In this document: piece after piece, positions 40,808 through 54,952 of the stretch
How positions within the stretch are numbered: the stretch's first letter is position 1
Layout: every line of letters begins with the position of its first letter
NCBI GenBank assembly: GCA_951406725.2
Contig: OX597831.1
Span: 40,114,001-40,178,000, forward strand
Reading direction: 5' to 3'
DNA length: 64,000 bases
DNA from: Octopus vulgaris
Taxonomy: Eukaryota
Program-made: the position numbers and the translations under genes
The notes under the pieces: model-generated
What the model was told of the DNA's origin: nothing
The model's database searches: none
What the model saw: the letters and a program-made list of their open reading frames with translations, nothing else

Positions 40808-42257
40808 CGTTAAATCAATTTGTACTACCGCTCGTCCCTAACTACCTCCCTTTCCCCTCATTTCTTCACACTTACATATATATATATATATATATATTTG
40901 TGTATGTATATACATGTACCATATATACATATATATGTGTGTATTTGTGTGTGTAATATGTTTTATATATATATGTATATATATATATATATAAAACATA
41001 TTTAATCTGACCTTTTTGTTTTGGAAGGGAAGTTTTTATGGGAGGGGGGATTTTTTTTTTTTTGTTTCTCGTTTGATTTTTTTTTTTTTGTGGGAGGGGA
41101 GGGTTAATAAAGAAAAATTTAAAAAAAAAAGAAGATAAAGGAAGCAAGGGAGAACGTAAAAAAAAAATTATAAAAGCAACAAAAAAAAGAATTAAAATTA
41201 AATAGGTGAATTACAATAAAACACACAAAAAAAAAAGATAAACAAGGAAGGAAGAGAGCAAACTTTATGAGAACGAAACGGTGCCTGTTATAAGAATATG
41301 TATGCATATATATATGTGTGTGTGTGTGTGTGCATGTATCAGTGTGTTATCTATATATGTATGTATGTGTATGCAGGTATCTGTACATATATATATATGT
41401 ATGTGTGTGTTTGTATATATATATTAGGTACTTTTATTGGTTTCTGCCATTTGCTTGTGGCCATGTTGACATACCACCATGTGGGTGTGCACATATATAT
41501 ATAAATGTGTGTTTGTGTATGCATGCATGTATATATATTATATATGTGTGTGTATACATTCACACATGCATATACATGTGTATGTATATATATAAATTTA
41601 TATTATCTATATATATGTATGTGTGATTGTGTAGTGTATGCATGTATGTATATATATATATATATATATATGTGTATGTATATACATTCACACGCATATA
41701 CATACATTTATATATAAATTTACATACACATATGCATATGTGTGTGTACATATATATATATGTGTGCATAGACATATACACACATTTTTTTGTTCATTAA
41801 AAGCTGATGAACCACAAGCCATAATGAAGGGCTCAATACTGGTTGACTAGGGTATATAAAAAAATTTGCTAATTTTCTTCTAATTACCCCTATTTACCTT
41901 TGAGAAACTCGTTGAGCATAACGACCAGGCTGTCGTCAGTACAAAGTTAACAAATGCTACAATGCATATATACAAATGTGTGTGTGTGTGTGTATATTTA
42001 CCACATTCAAGAAGTGTTGTGTTCCTGAACATTACTACAATGTAGAATTATGTCAAGGGGAACCTACCTCTCCCCCCACCCCACCCCACACCCATTTCAT
42101 TGGTTTCCATGTTCTGTAATATACAAATCAATGGGAAAATGGCTTACAAGTTGACAAAGAATCTTAAGAACTCAGTGCTTCAGTACAAAATATTTGCCAA
42201 TTCATGCATTATATATATATGTGTGTTTGTGTGTGTATGTATATATGAATGTATGTG

Positions 42258-42296
<39 letters not shown>

Positions 42297-42331
42297 GTAT
42301 GTGTATATATCTGTGTGTATGTATATATGTA

Positions 42332-42370
<39 letters not shown>

Positions 42371-42407
42371 GTGTATATACATATGTATGTATGCATATGA
42401 GTGTATA

Positions 42408-42444
<37 letters not shown>

Positions 42445-42858
42445 CCTTCTAATATACATATGTGTCAGCATCTCCCACTTATGTGTGTGTGTATATATAT
42501 ATATATATGTTTATATATATATATATGTATATATATATAGTGTATATAATTGAATTTAAAATACATTGACAAAGAAAATGAATAACTGAAGTTGATGTCA
42601 TTAAGTTGAGGAAAGATATTGATTTAAATAAAAAAAAAAAAGAAAGTCATTTGAAGGAGATGGGAGAGATGGGAAATGATCGTATCTATGGCAACAATGA
42701 TGGGGATGTATGAATGGGAGGCCATCTTTGCGAGGAGGAGAGGGAGCGGAAGATGTTATAGAAACTATGAGATAACGAGTAAAAAGTGACTGTGTGATAA
42801 ACCAGAGAGAGAGAGAGAGAGCTATTTATAGTATTTGATCTAATTCAGTTTAGTTGAA

Positions 42859-42894
<36 letters not shown>

Positions 42895-42985
42895 CATTAC
42901 TGTTATTTTGTTGTGCTGAGTGGTAGGTTTTCAAAATCGCTAGAACATTGGAAAAAAAATATTCTGCAAGAATTAAACAAACATA

Positions 42986-43029
<44 letters not shown>

Positions 43030-43284
43030 TATATACACACACACACTTATAATGGGGACATGTGTATATGTGTGTGTGAATGTTTTCAAAGATGATGCTC
43101 TGTGTGTTGTTACTCAATTCTGTTTGTACTTCCGCTCACTAAAGATCAAGCAGGGAGTAATGACATCGAGTAACAGCCTCAAACAGTTTCACCTTTGAAT
43201 AACTAGCATTCCACTGTACCTACCTGTACTGTGTCATTCTTATTTGTTGTATGAGACACCTGACACATTCAGTCATTACACACA

Positions 43285-43474
43285 CACACGCCTATATATA
43301 CATATATGGATAAATATGGGCGTGTATATATATATATATATATATATACACGCATGTCTATGTATATATACACACACACAGAATTAGAGAGGTACATTCA
43401 TGTGTTTTTATATATGTGTGTGTATAATGTATATACACACACGCCTATATATACATATATGGATAAATATGGGC

Positions 43475-43512
<38 letters not shown>

Positions 43513-43600
43513 GCATGTCTATGTATATATACACACACACACAGAATTAGAGAGGTACATTCATGTGTTTTTATATATGTATATATATATGTATATATAT
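43285..43600. repeat. Tandem duplication (2 copies, ~150-170 bp) of microsatellite-laced sequence
   Basis: acacgcctatatatacatatatggataaatatgggcgtg...gaattagagaggtacattcatgtgtttttatatatg present twice. Confidence 0.9.
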
Positions 43601-44891
43601 ATATAATTCACACATACTTGTACAGTTAGGTTAGGTGTATTGATATCCTTTATAACCATTATACCAATATCGTTATCACCAATATCTAAGTAGATATGTG
43701 TGTGTGTGTGTGTATGCGTGTGTAAATATATATATCCAAATATTTTACTGGTATTAAATACAAAAATTATAAATTAAAATTTTTTAAAAATCTAAAAAGA
43801 GAAACACACAATGAACCAGCAACACCATAACCAACCCCAAAACCAAAATATGAACGGAAAGCACCTTTCTTCAAGGAACCAAACAGTTTGAAACTGATAT
43901 AATTCTTCCGTATTTGCAAAAGATATTTTATTTCAATTTTTAAAAAAAAACAAAATCTTGTTTTTATTTTTAATTTGCTTTCTTTATCATTTTTATTGCT
44001 GTATTTTTTTTCTTTTAAAATATTTTAGTAGTGTGTAAATGTTGATTTATGTGTGGGTGGGTCTTTACGTATATGCATATATGTATGTATACATTAATTG
44101 TTGGTAGGGACATTGTATTTCGTTATGAAATTGCAGTAATACTATCAAGTATACGAAAGGCTCTCAAGCCAGTACTGTATCCCACATGTTAGAGATAGTT
44201 TTAAAAAGTGATATATTTATGTGTATAAATTTGATGATTTTAGTATGGATAGCTTAAGGAAAGGAAGAAGTAATACATGCAGCTGCTCATATTTCTCTCT
44301 GAATGCATATGCATGGTTGTGTGATATGTAAATTACAGACAAAATCTTCTAACCAATGTCTTGGGATTTCCTGTTTGGGAAGTTGACCTGCTGACATTCT
44401 TCGGGTTCTACCTCGTCCTTCCTAGGACTGAAGCAATGTTTGCAGGTCCACTCTACTGACGGGAAACCTAAAGAATCATTGATAAAATTTTAGTTATAAA
44501 TTATATAATAAATATTTACACTCTGCTCTTTTGGCATTGAGTACATTGACATGAGTGTGTATTTTACATATATATATGTGCACGTGTATGTATGACTGTG
44601 CTTATATGCATATATGTTTTTCTTTGAATCCCAGGGATTCATGAGGCTTGATGTGCCTAGCTCTGATCTTTGCACCACTTTACAGACAACCAATCTACAA
44701 TTCATTAGGAAGCTGGTCTCTCTTTCAGATGACTTTCCTTCATGTCCCCCCACCCCACAAAGGAGTTGATAATATTTGTGCAGCTTGTCTTAACTAAGGC
44801 AAGGACAATTCTATGTACGTAAGATATGGTGAAGCTACTCTCAAAAACTTCACAAAATTGGTGACCATTTTAATATAAATGTATGTGTATG

Positions 44892-44949
<58 letters not shown>

Positions 44950-45240
44950 GGGTTATATGTTTAATATTTGTCCAATTCACATTTATAGCATCATATGCAT
45001 CTTGATGTATATGAAATAAATTTAATGTTTAGTAAATGTGTGTATGCACACACACACACACACATATACCAACATATATGTGTGGACACATACACGTGTT
45101 GACATCTGCTTTGTGAGCATAGTTGTACACATATATATCTTTATATACACTAAATTTTGCTTAAGTGTCCGAGGAAACAATGATCACACTTGTGTGTGGT
45201 TTGATTCCAGGATAAGTAAGTCGTATTTAGAAGAAAACTG

Positions 45241-45445
45241 GAAAAATTGAAAAAGGAGACAAACGCTCGGGTTGTTATTAAAACATATCTTCACATCGTC
45301 TACATATGTTTCGAATTATGGTCAGCTATGCATAGCTGACCATAATTCTTCTTCTTGGACATATTTTGAATGCATCCATCGAAACATATGTAGAAGATAT
45401 GCTTTAATAACATCCTGAGCGTTTGTTTCCTTTTTCGGTTTTTCC
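45241..45445. repeat. Inverted-repeat element with an internal perfect 36-bp palindrome
   Basis: Outer arms aaaaggagacaaacgctc...acatatgtttcga / tcgaaacatatgt...gagcgtttgtttcctttt; inner GAATTATGGTCAGCTATG|CATAGCTGACCATAATTC at 45313-45348. Confidence 0.9.
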
Positions 45446-46388
45446 TATTTATACACTATATACATCTCACTGTATATACATATTTGTATACACACACCTA
45501 TATATATGTGTGTATGTATATATTTAGCCTTCATTTTATTATTTGTTAACCTTTTTTGCTTCTGTATTTATTTTTTTCTTCCTTTCCTTTTCTTGCCCCC
45601 TTTCTGAATTTTTTTGTTCTTTATTTTCAATAATTTTTCTTTTTTTTTTTTTGTTCTGTATTTCTTTGTGTCACTGACCAAAAGTTGGATAACTTGGCCA
45701 TGAAGGTTGATCTCTGAACATAAAATTATAATTTTTCTTCCATTTTCCCTGTTGTTGTTGTTGTTATTATTTATTATCATTTTATCATTGATGTTATTCC
45801 ACCGAAGTCGACTTTGCCTTTCTTTATGGGGGTCATTGTAATCAACTTAGTCGCTTCAACTAAATTTGCTGGCTTTGTGCTAAACTTTAAAACCATTATT
45901 AAGGCGGCAAGCTGGCAGAAACGCTAGTATCAGCTAGCCCTTTCCCTGGCAACTGTTGACCTTGTAACTAAATTAGAAACAGCTACTACTATTACTACTG
46001 CTACTACTATTAATCTAAGTTTTAATCACTAAAAATTTTATTCCTACTCACTTACACGCCACCTTATCTTAAGTCCAAACCACACTCCCTACATTTTCTC
46101 CGCTTCCCCAAACAAACTTGCTCAGGAAGCTTAACTGTTGATCACCAAATTTGTAGTCAATGAACCATTTGAGACTGAATATATGGTATTTAAGTAGGTC
46201 TGTATTCTGTGGTTAGCTATCATACACCAAAGTTAAAGTGTCACTAGTATGATTAATCAGTGTGAGTCAGCACCTTATTTCCAAAGCTGTAGCAGCCAGA
46301 TTTCATAATACATGCGCAGTGTATATGTATGTATACACGCATACACACACACACACACACATGCGCATACTCTTCATCTGAAATGCTA

Positions 46389-46701
46389 GGTGACTGTCAC
46401 TTTGAATTTTCACTGGCAGAAGCTCATCAGGCTCTCTAAGAAACCATGGTTAGTGACATTTCGAAGTTTCAGCCTCCACATTTCGTTTGAATAAGGCATT
46501 TAGACTAGACTGTACGCCCATATTGAGTCCTTCATTCGTTTATGTTACCCGGTGTTTCAAGGCTTCTCATAAACATACACTTCAGTTATGTAAATCCCGG
46601 AATACATACATCTGCATATCTATGAGGGATGGCAGGGATTTCGAAGTTTCGGTCTGTTTGACAAAGGCTAGCAGACCAAAAACTTCGAAGTCACTGTCAC
46701 C
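46389..46701. mobile_element. Possible MITE
   Basis: Imperfect inverted ends GGTGACTGTCACTTTGAATTTT / AAAACTTCGAAGTCACTGTCACC; internal TTTCGAAGTTTC repeats. Confidence 0.4.
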
Positions 46702-47703
46702 GTTCTTGTAAAAGTTAAATAAACTTCCACACTACTAAAAATTATTAAATGATTTTTCAATTTGATATTAATTTGTTTTTGTATTTAACGTCACATAAAA
46801 ACAAACATTATCATATGTGTGTATATATATATATATATATATGTATGTTTATATATATATATGTGTGTGTATTATATATATTAGCCAGCTTACTTTTGCT
46901 GTTCTGTAATCAGAAAAGGGTAGCATATTTTCTAATATGTCTGCACTATCCCTCTTTCATTTCAAAAAAGGATTGTAGTCTAGTTAGGTATCAAGACGTC
47001 TACCAAAAGAGAGCTTGTAGGGGCCTTCTGAACAGATTGCATTTGGAGCAGTTTCAAGGAAAAAAAAATAGCATATCGCAACTCTCGATCCTTCCGCAAA
47101 CTGCTGCGCCTCAGTGATTTCGTTACTCTCCACACACATACTCACCCTTCAGTAGATGTTCTCTATGGCCAGTCTTTGCTGTTGCAGATTCTAGTGCCCC
47201 CTCCCTCAACTGTTATTACTGTCCCGCTCCTTTGTACCCAGTCTGGTGACAGCATTGCCCCATTGCATACGTATGGTTGAGTTTGTGGGTACCCCTGTGC
47301 CATATTTCTCAGTTATATAAGTGTATAGGAAGTACAATGCCCCTTCAGGACCAACTTCCTTGTTTTAACGTACGCATCTCACTTCGGGGTTGTGTTACGT
47401 GGACATTAATATCATTCAAACTGGTGTAATGGAACAAAAAATTACAAGTAGAATATACTAAAGATATAGGCTGTACTTGATGGCAGAAATTGCTGACCTA
47501 TTAAAACCTTTGTGCTATTTTGATTATGTCCCTTCAAATTTCCTTTTATGCCTCCTTCGATTTTTTACTCATCCAAGATTAATAAATCGAATACTGAGAT
47601 TGATATAACCGTGTCCCCTAGCCCAACGAACTATACATAGATGGATTGTACCTCCAGCATAGCCAGTCAACTAAGTGAAACCAGTAATAAAAATTTGTGT
47701 GTG

Positions 47704-47741
<38 letters not shown>

Positions 47742-48339
47742 CATACACACAAACACGTATACACAATAGTGGTGAACGGTGAAAACGAGTGCTCAACTGC
47801 ATTTGGTAGGTATGTATATACTTTATTTTGTGGATTACTGATGTTAACATCGGCTTCATGCAGGAAATTCTGAAATTTCCAAGCATTCCACTTAATGCTG
47901 GTAATCTCATCCAATATGGAAAGCAATTATCAACATTCCTAAATAGAACACTTGACAATTGTAGAAGTACCCGCATGAAACCATTGGTAGCATTATTAAT
48001 CCCTAAATAAGCAGTGTGTTATATATATATATATGCATACATCAACAGTCAGTCATGTTTCAAGTTATCAAAAGGAATTTAACATAGTTGCGCAAGTATG
48101 TACGTGTATTTAAATATATCTTTGTATAAGAGTGTACACGTGAGAGAGAGAGGGGAGGAAAGCATGTGTGTGTCACTGGTGTGTTTGCTTGTCGCTGATT
48201 GAAGAGGAACAGCCTCAGATTAGAAGAGTGCGAAAGATGAGTATTACCACTTCAACATTTCCTAGCTCTTCTTGCTTTCTGGCTGTTGTTAGTCACTTAC
48301 TGGGCTTTATATCAAAAATATATATATTATTTATAATAT

Positions 48340-48370
<31 letters not shown>

Positions 48371-48561
48371 GGTATAACATGTATATAAATATACGTATAC
48401 ATATAACATTATATAGATATACCTATATATGTATATGATATAACGTATATACATATATATAATATAACGTACATAAATATATGTATATATAGATATATAT
48501 ATATATGTGTATGTATATATGTCTATATATATATATGTGTGTATATATATATATATCTGTA

Positions 48562-48604
<43 letters not shown>

Positions 48605-49240
48605 TTATATGTATATGTGTATATATATGTATGTATGTATTTATATGTATATGTGTATATATATATATGTGTATGTATATATGTATGTATGTATTTATAT
48701 GTATATGTGTATATATATATGTATATATACATGTGTATATATATATGCGTATATATATGTATGCGTATATACGTGTATATATATGTGTATATATATATAT
48801 ATGTGTGTGTGTGTATATATATGTATATATATATGCATATGTATAATATATGTGTGTATGTAAATACTTACAGACCTATATCCAGAATTAAATTTGTACA
48901 CAATGAACCTTTGAAAGTTGAAGTGCACACACTTTGAGGTTCGGTCATTTATATCCAGACATTACCACACTTAAATGCATATTCAACACACATACACTAA
49001 ATCCGTACATCAGCCTTTTCTTCCTTTATTATTATTATTATTATTATTATTGTTATCATCTTCATCGTCATCATCATCGTTGATAAGGGTGGATTATTGA
49101 CAGAATTGGTAGATCATCGGACAAAATACATCGCAATATTTGTGTCTTGCTTACATTCTGAGTTCAGTTCCCGCCAAGGTTGACTTTACCTTTAATCCTT
49201 CCAGGGTCGATAAAATAAAGTACCAGTCATGTTACTGGGG

Positions 49241-49274
<34 letters not shown>

Positions 49275-51526
49275 CGACTGCTCCATCCCCCACGAAGATT
49301 TTGAGGCTGTACGCCTCCATGTTAGTAACCATCATCATTGTTATTATTTTTACTATTATTATTATTTTAATTATTATTCTTATTAATTATTACTCTCAAA
49401 ATTTTTTTTTAATTCAAGCCGTTCCTTCAGAAAATAAAAATAATAATTTAAAAAAAACAATTGATCATAATAAAGTTTTAAATTAAAAAAATAATTCGCA
49501 GTTATTTTCAAAAAGAAAAAAAATGAAATAAAGACTTCCTTTTTTTTTTTTCTAAAATGGAAAAAAAAAGAAAATTTCTTTCCTAAACTCTAAGCCTCTA
49601 CCCCAACCCCTCACTTCCACACCCAGATCTCTCCAAGAAGATGAAAAATGAAAAGAAAAAAAAACAATCCAATTTCTCTCTTTCTCTCAGTCTGTCTCTA
49701 TCTCCGATGGAAACTGGATCCTTTTACTTGCAATTGAATAATAATAATAATAATATTCCATTTTATTACAATGAAGTTGAATATTTTTTGAAGACTTTGC
49801 TTTGAAATAAAGAAAAACAGAACCCCCCACCCCTCAAATAAAAAAAAAGATAATATGAATGAATAATCATTAATTAATAAAAATCATTTGTTTTAAATTG
49901 TTTTCAGAATTGTCTGTTCTTGTAAATGGAAAAGCCAAAAAAAAAAAATGTCACACGCACTCTCTTCGGAAGAAAAAAAAGTTGGTGGTGCTGGGGAGGG
50001 GTTAAAAACCCACTGGGTAGAACAATATAGATATATATATATGTATATAAAATATAATATAATATGTGAAGTCTCATGGCTCAGTGGTTAGAGCGTCGTG
50101 AGGTTGTGAGTTCGATTCTCGGACCGGGCTGGATGTTGTGTTCTTGAGCAAGACACTTTATTTCACGTTGCTCCAGTTATGAGTTGCGACATCACTGGTG
50201 CCAAGCCGTATTGGCCTTTTCCTTTCCCTTGGATGACATCAGTGGTGTCGAGAGGGCAGGCTGGTATGCATGGGCAACTGCTGGTCTTCCATAAATAACC
50301 TTGCCCGGACTTGTGCTTCGGAGGGTAACTTTCTAGGTGCAATCCCATGGTCATTCATGACCGATGGGGTCTCCCATAATATAAAATACATCAGTTGTGT
50401 GTGTAGGTGCGTGTCCTGTGGTTAGTGGACAGGATGATTCGTTGTGTTAAGCAAAATACATCTCACGTTGCACCCGCGAGCGTTTCAGTGTCTGGTGTGT
50501 GACATTCTATGGACCTGTACAGGCAATGTCGATTTGATGGATGGAGTGAGCTTATATAGAGCACATTCATATTGGATCACATATTGGTCTACAGCAGTGC
50601 TTGGAAGGAAGGTGTGTATTGTGTGATCCTCGCATTGACCATGACAGAAAGCTGAGAAGAGGATCTGTATCAAATTTTGCCCAATGATATAAACATCTGT
50701 GTAGTTTGTTTGGCAAGAAATTGCTGAACCCTCGCTTGTTTATCAGGAGAATCCACCCTGTGTGCATGCATTTTTGATTCTCCATCACAAGGGGTAAATA
50801 TATTTACATGCACATTCACACACACATACGTTTTTTTTTTACAAGGAAAAGGACAATAAGTACTTCAGTTTCATCGTCATTAGTCTGACGAAGACGACTT
50901 TGTTGAAACGGCGAAGTAACTGTCAAACTTCTTGTAAAAATTAAAGGAATGTGTTAATTTAATTAAAGGTTTTGAGTGATCTTCTGATTAATATTTTTTA
51001 TATATAATTATGCATAAAAAACAGTATATATTGAAAACGAAAGGAAAGATACTTTGAGAATTTTATCGCAAATTGAAGGAAAAATATTCACATTTTTATC
51101 AAAAGTGCTACCGGTATCAATTGTTTAAGTTGATTTAGTCATGCAATACGAGAAGGAAAAAATAAGTGAGACAAAGTAATCTTTCATGACATCAGTTTTG
51201 GAAGTTCACGCGTACAAACTCATGTGTGAGTGTGTATGTATGTAATATATATATATATATATCATCATTTAACGTCCGTTTTCCATGATGACATGGGTTG
51301 GGCGGTTTGACCGGAACCAGCGAGGTAGAAGAACATATTAATGTATGTATGTGAGAGTGAGAACAAAGTAGGAGTGTGTTTGTAATTAATGAGTAAATTC
51401 TGTTTTAATTTTTATAAATTGTACTCTAATCTCTCAAAGTATGTAGATCAGTGAAAGAAACTTGGGCCATAGTACAAGTTCTCGTCCAAATATTCTTTCA
51501 TCGTGAACTTCTGCAATATATATATA

Positions 51527-52321
51527 AGTGGTCTGATCAATAAGTATCCGGACTGATGCCATAGTAACGAGCCTAAAGCATGCAGAGAGTAAAGCCGATT
51601 GGCACAGATTGACGTTGAACTCTTCTGTGCATGTGCACTAGGTTTTAACGTTCTAGTTCACTTCCATTGTCTACAGTAGTGCTTGGAAGGAAGGTGTGTA
51701 TCGTGTGATCGTCGCATTGACCATGACAGAGAAAATTGAGCAGAGAATCTGCGTCAGATTTTGCCCAAAGCTTAGCGATACCTGCTCAGAGGCCTACGCA
51801 AGTATTTCAAAACGTTTTCATCGTTCTCGACACAATCAAGGAGATCTTGCGCAACTGAAACCCGGGTATCTTTTTCGTCAGCTAGAAGCAGTTTTGGCAC
51901 AAGCACGGCAGACACGCGTCTCATACCCAAATCTTCAGTAATAATGGACTGAACTGAACCGTAACTAATCTGCACATCCAACTGATAACTCACAGATGGT
52001 GATTCGACGATTTCCCCTCACAGCTGCACGCACATCTGCGATGTTTTTCTCAGTTCTGCTGGTTGCGGGTCTCCTAGAACGTTCACCACTATCGACGTTT
52101 TTTCTGCCATCTTGGAAACTCGTACACTTGTGTGCGGCTCAAATACTCCTCTCCATTCCCTTTCTGCAAATTTGCGTCGGCCTCTGAGCAGGTATCGCCA
52201 TGACAACTTTCTCTGTCGTGGTCAATGCGACGATCACACTCTACACACCTTCCTTCTTTACACTGCGTGCTTTAGCTTCGTTACTGTGGCAACAGTCCAG
52301 GTACTTATTGATCAGACCTCC
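51527..52321. mobile_element. Non-autonomous mariner derivative built from two inverted left ends
   Basis: TIRs GGTCTGATCAATAAGTATCCGGACTG / CAGTCCAGGTACTTATTGATCAGACC; transposase 5' sequence (GCATTGACCA(T/C)GACAGAGAAA...GATACCTGCTCAGAGGCC) present on both strands, converging. Confidence 0.88.
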
Positions 52322-52818
52322 TATATAATATGTGTGTTTGTGTATAACAAAAATCAATTCTATTAGCTGAAAATTAGTTCGACAAAAGAAGATGTACCAT
52401 GTTTTCTGGTAAAATAAATCTTAAAAACTTAACGTACATTCTACACATTGATGCTTGAATTTTTCTTCTTTTGTAAGCCAGCGGAGGTCACCGTGACTTA
52501 TTGTGGCTCCATAGCATAGAAAGTAAAAGAAAATATACCGACTATTAGAGATCACTACTAGAAAAAAAAAACATCTTAGTAATGTATGTGGTAGTACTGA
52601 GTCTTGGCTTTTATTTTTATTTTTTTCAAAAATTTCGAGTCAAATTGATGATCAGGACAAGATTGTTGCTGGAAATAGCAGGTAAGTTAGAGAACCATAA
52701 CGATGAGAAGAATCAAATATTTTAAGCAATCTTTCTCAAGAGATGAATTCTTTTGTAAATCATCAATCTTATTCTTTAAAACACACATCGCTCATTTGTC
52801 GTTTTACTATGGTCTTTT

Positions 52819-52890
<72 letters not shown>

Positions 52891-53697
52891 CAAAACCCAA
52901 CGGAATTCTTTTCGAACTCTTGAAACACTCAACATTTTCAATAGCATCATATGTTCTAACAAGGTAGCTTTTCTTTTCTACATGGTCGCTTAACCCTTCT
53001 ACTAGAAATAGCAGTTCATCTTCAAATCGCGTTCTGCTGTCTTGAAAGAAGGGCAGATGTAGTATGCAATACCTTTAATAGATGGTATAATCATGATTGA
53101 ATGACTTTACTCTTTTACTCTCTTTTACTTGTTTCAGTCATTTGACTGTGGCCATGCTGGAGCACCGCCTTTAGTCGAGCAAATCGACCCCAGGACTTAT
53201 TCTTTGTAAGCCCAGTACTTATTCTATCGGTCTCATTTGCCGAACCGCTAAGTTACGGAGACGTAAACACACCAGCATCGGTTGTCAAGCAATGTTGGGG
53301 GGACAAACACTGACACACAAACATACACACGCATATATATATATACACATATATACGACGGGCTTCTTTCAGTTTCCGTCTACCAAATCCACTCACAAGG
53401 CTTTAGTCTGCCCGAGGCTATAGTAGAAGACACTTGCCCAAGTTGTCACGCAGTGGGACTGAACCCGGAACCATGTGGTTGGTAAGCAAGCTACTTGCCA
53501 CACAGCCACTCCTAATAAATTTCTTTTTTCGAGATTGACCTGAAGTTAACCTTTTGCTTCCCATGTGTTTCATATGTGATACTCGGGACATATTTCTCCA
53601 GGCGTCCATACATCATATGTGTTACACATTCCCAGTTTTTCCGACTAAGAGATTGACTTTATACTTATGAAAGAAAAACTTGATATTACTCAGACCC

Positions 53698-54345
53698 AAG
53701 GGCTAACGGATCATATGAAACAAGAACTAACGGATTGTTTGAAACAAGGGCTAACTGATTATATGAAACTAGGGCTAACTGATTATATGAAACTGGGGCT
53801 AACTGATTATTTGAAACCAGGGTTACACGATCATTTGAAACAAGGGCTGACGGATCATTTGAAATAAGGGTTAAATGATCATTTGAAACAATGGGTAACT
53901 GATTATATGAAACCAGGGCTAACTGATTATTTGAAACCAGGGTTAACCGATCATTTGAAACAAGGGCTGACGGATCATTTGAAATAAGGGTTAAATGATC
54001 ATTTGAAACAATGGGTAACTGATTATATGAAACCAGGGCTAACTGATTATTTGAAACCAGGGTTAACCGATCATTTGAAACAAGGGCTGACAGATCATTT
54101 GAAATAAGGGGTAACTGATTATTTGAAACCAGGGTTAACCGATCATTTGAAACAAGAACTAACGGATTGTTTGAAACAAGGGTTAACTGATCATTTGAAA
54201 CAAGGGCTAACTGATTATATGAAACTAGGGCTAACTGATTATTTGAAACCAGGGTTAACCGATCATTTGAAACAAGGGTTAAATGATAATCTGAAACGGG
54301 CTAATGGATCATTTGAAACAAAGGCTAACGGGTCATTTGAAAATA
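53698..54345. repeat. 24-bp minisatellite (~27 units) with a 120-bp higher-order repeat
   Basis: Unit ~GGG(C/T)TAAC(T/G/C)GAT(T/C)AT(T/A)TGAAAC(C/A)A; 53881-53940 is identical to 54001-54060. Confidence 0.95.
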
Positions 54346-54914
54346 AGCATGACCGTTTAGAACAAACTTAGCATAAAAAACCTTGGACGGACAAAGTGTT
54401 AAACAGGCACAGTTGCATTACTGTTGTCCAGAATACAGCATATGTGATGCCGATACGTGTTTAATAAGCAGGGGATTGGTTTTGAGTCGTTACTGAGTTG
54501 TCTCGAACATGTGGACTTGGTTTACTTTGTGTGTGCCAGTCTGATGACGGCGAAGAAACTTCAAAGTAATTGTCAACTGGTAAAAACTGAATATTTGTAC
54601 CCTGTTAACAGGATTTAGTTGGCCTTCAGTTTTAATGCTAAAATGTTTTTATATATATAGCGATATAAAAACAAACACACACACATGTATATATATTCTT
54701 TTATTTTTTTTTAGTTGTTTCAGTCATTTGACTGCGGCCATGCTGGAGCACCGCCTTTAGTCGAACAATTCGACCCCAGGACTTATTCTTTGTAAGCCTA
54801 GTACTTATTCTATCGGTTCTCTTTTGCCGAAACCGCTAAATTATGAGGACGTAAACACACCAGCATCGGTGTCAAGTGATGGTGGGGGGACAAAACGCAG
54901 ACACACAAATTCAT

Positions 54915-54952
<38 letters not shown>

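Noticed and set aside
53698-54345. CRISPR array
   Set aside because: Units are contiguous with no unique spacers, there are no cas genes, and the context is eukaryotic
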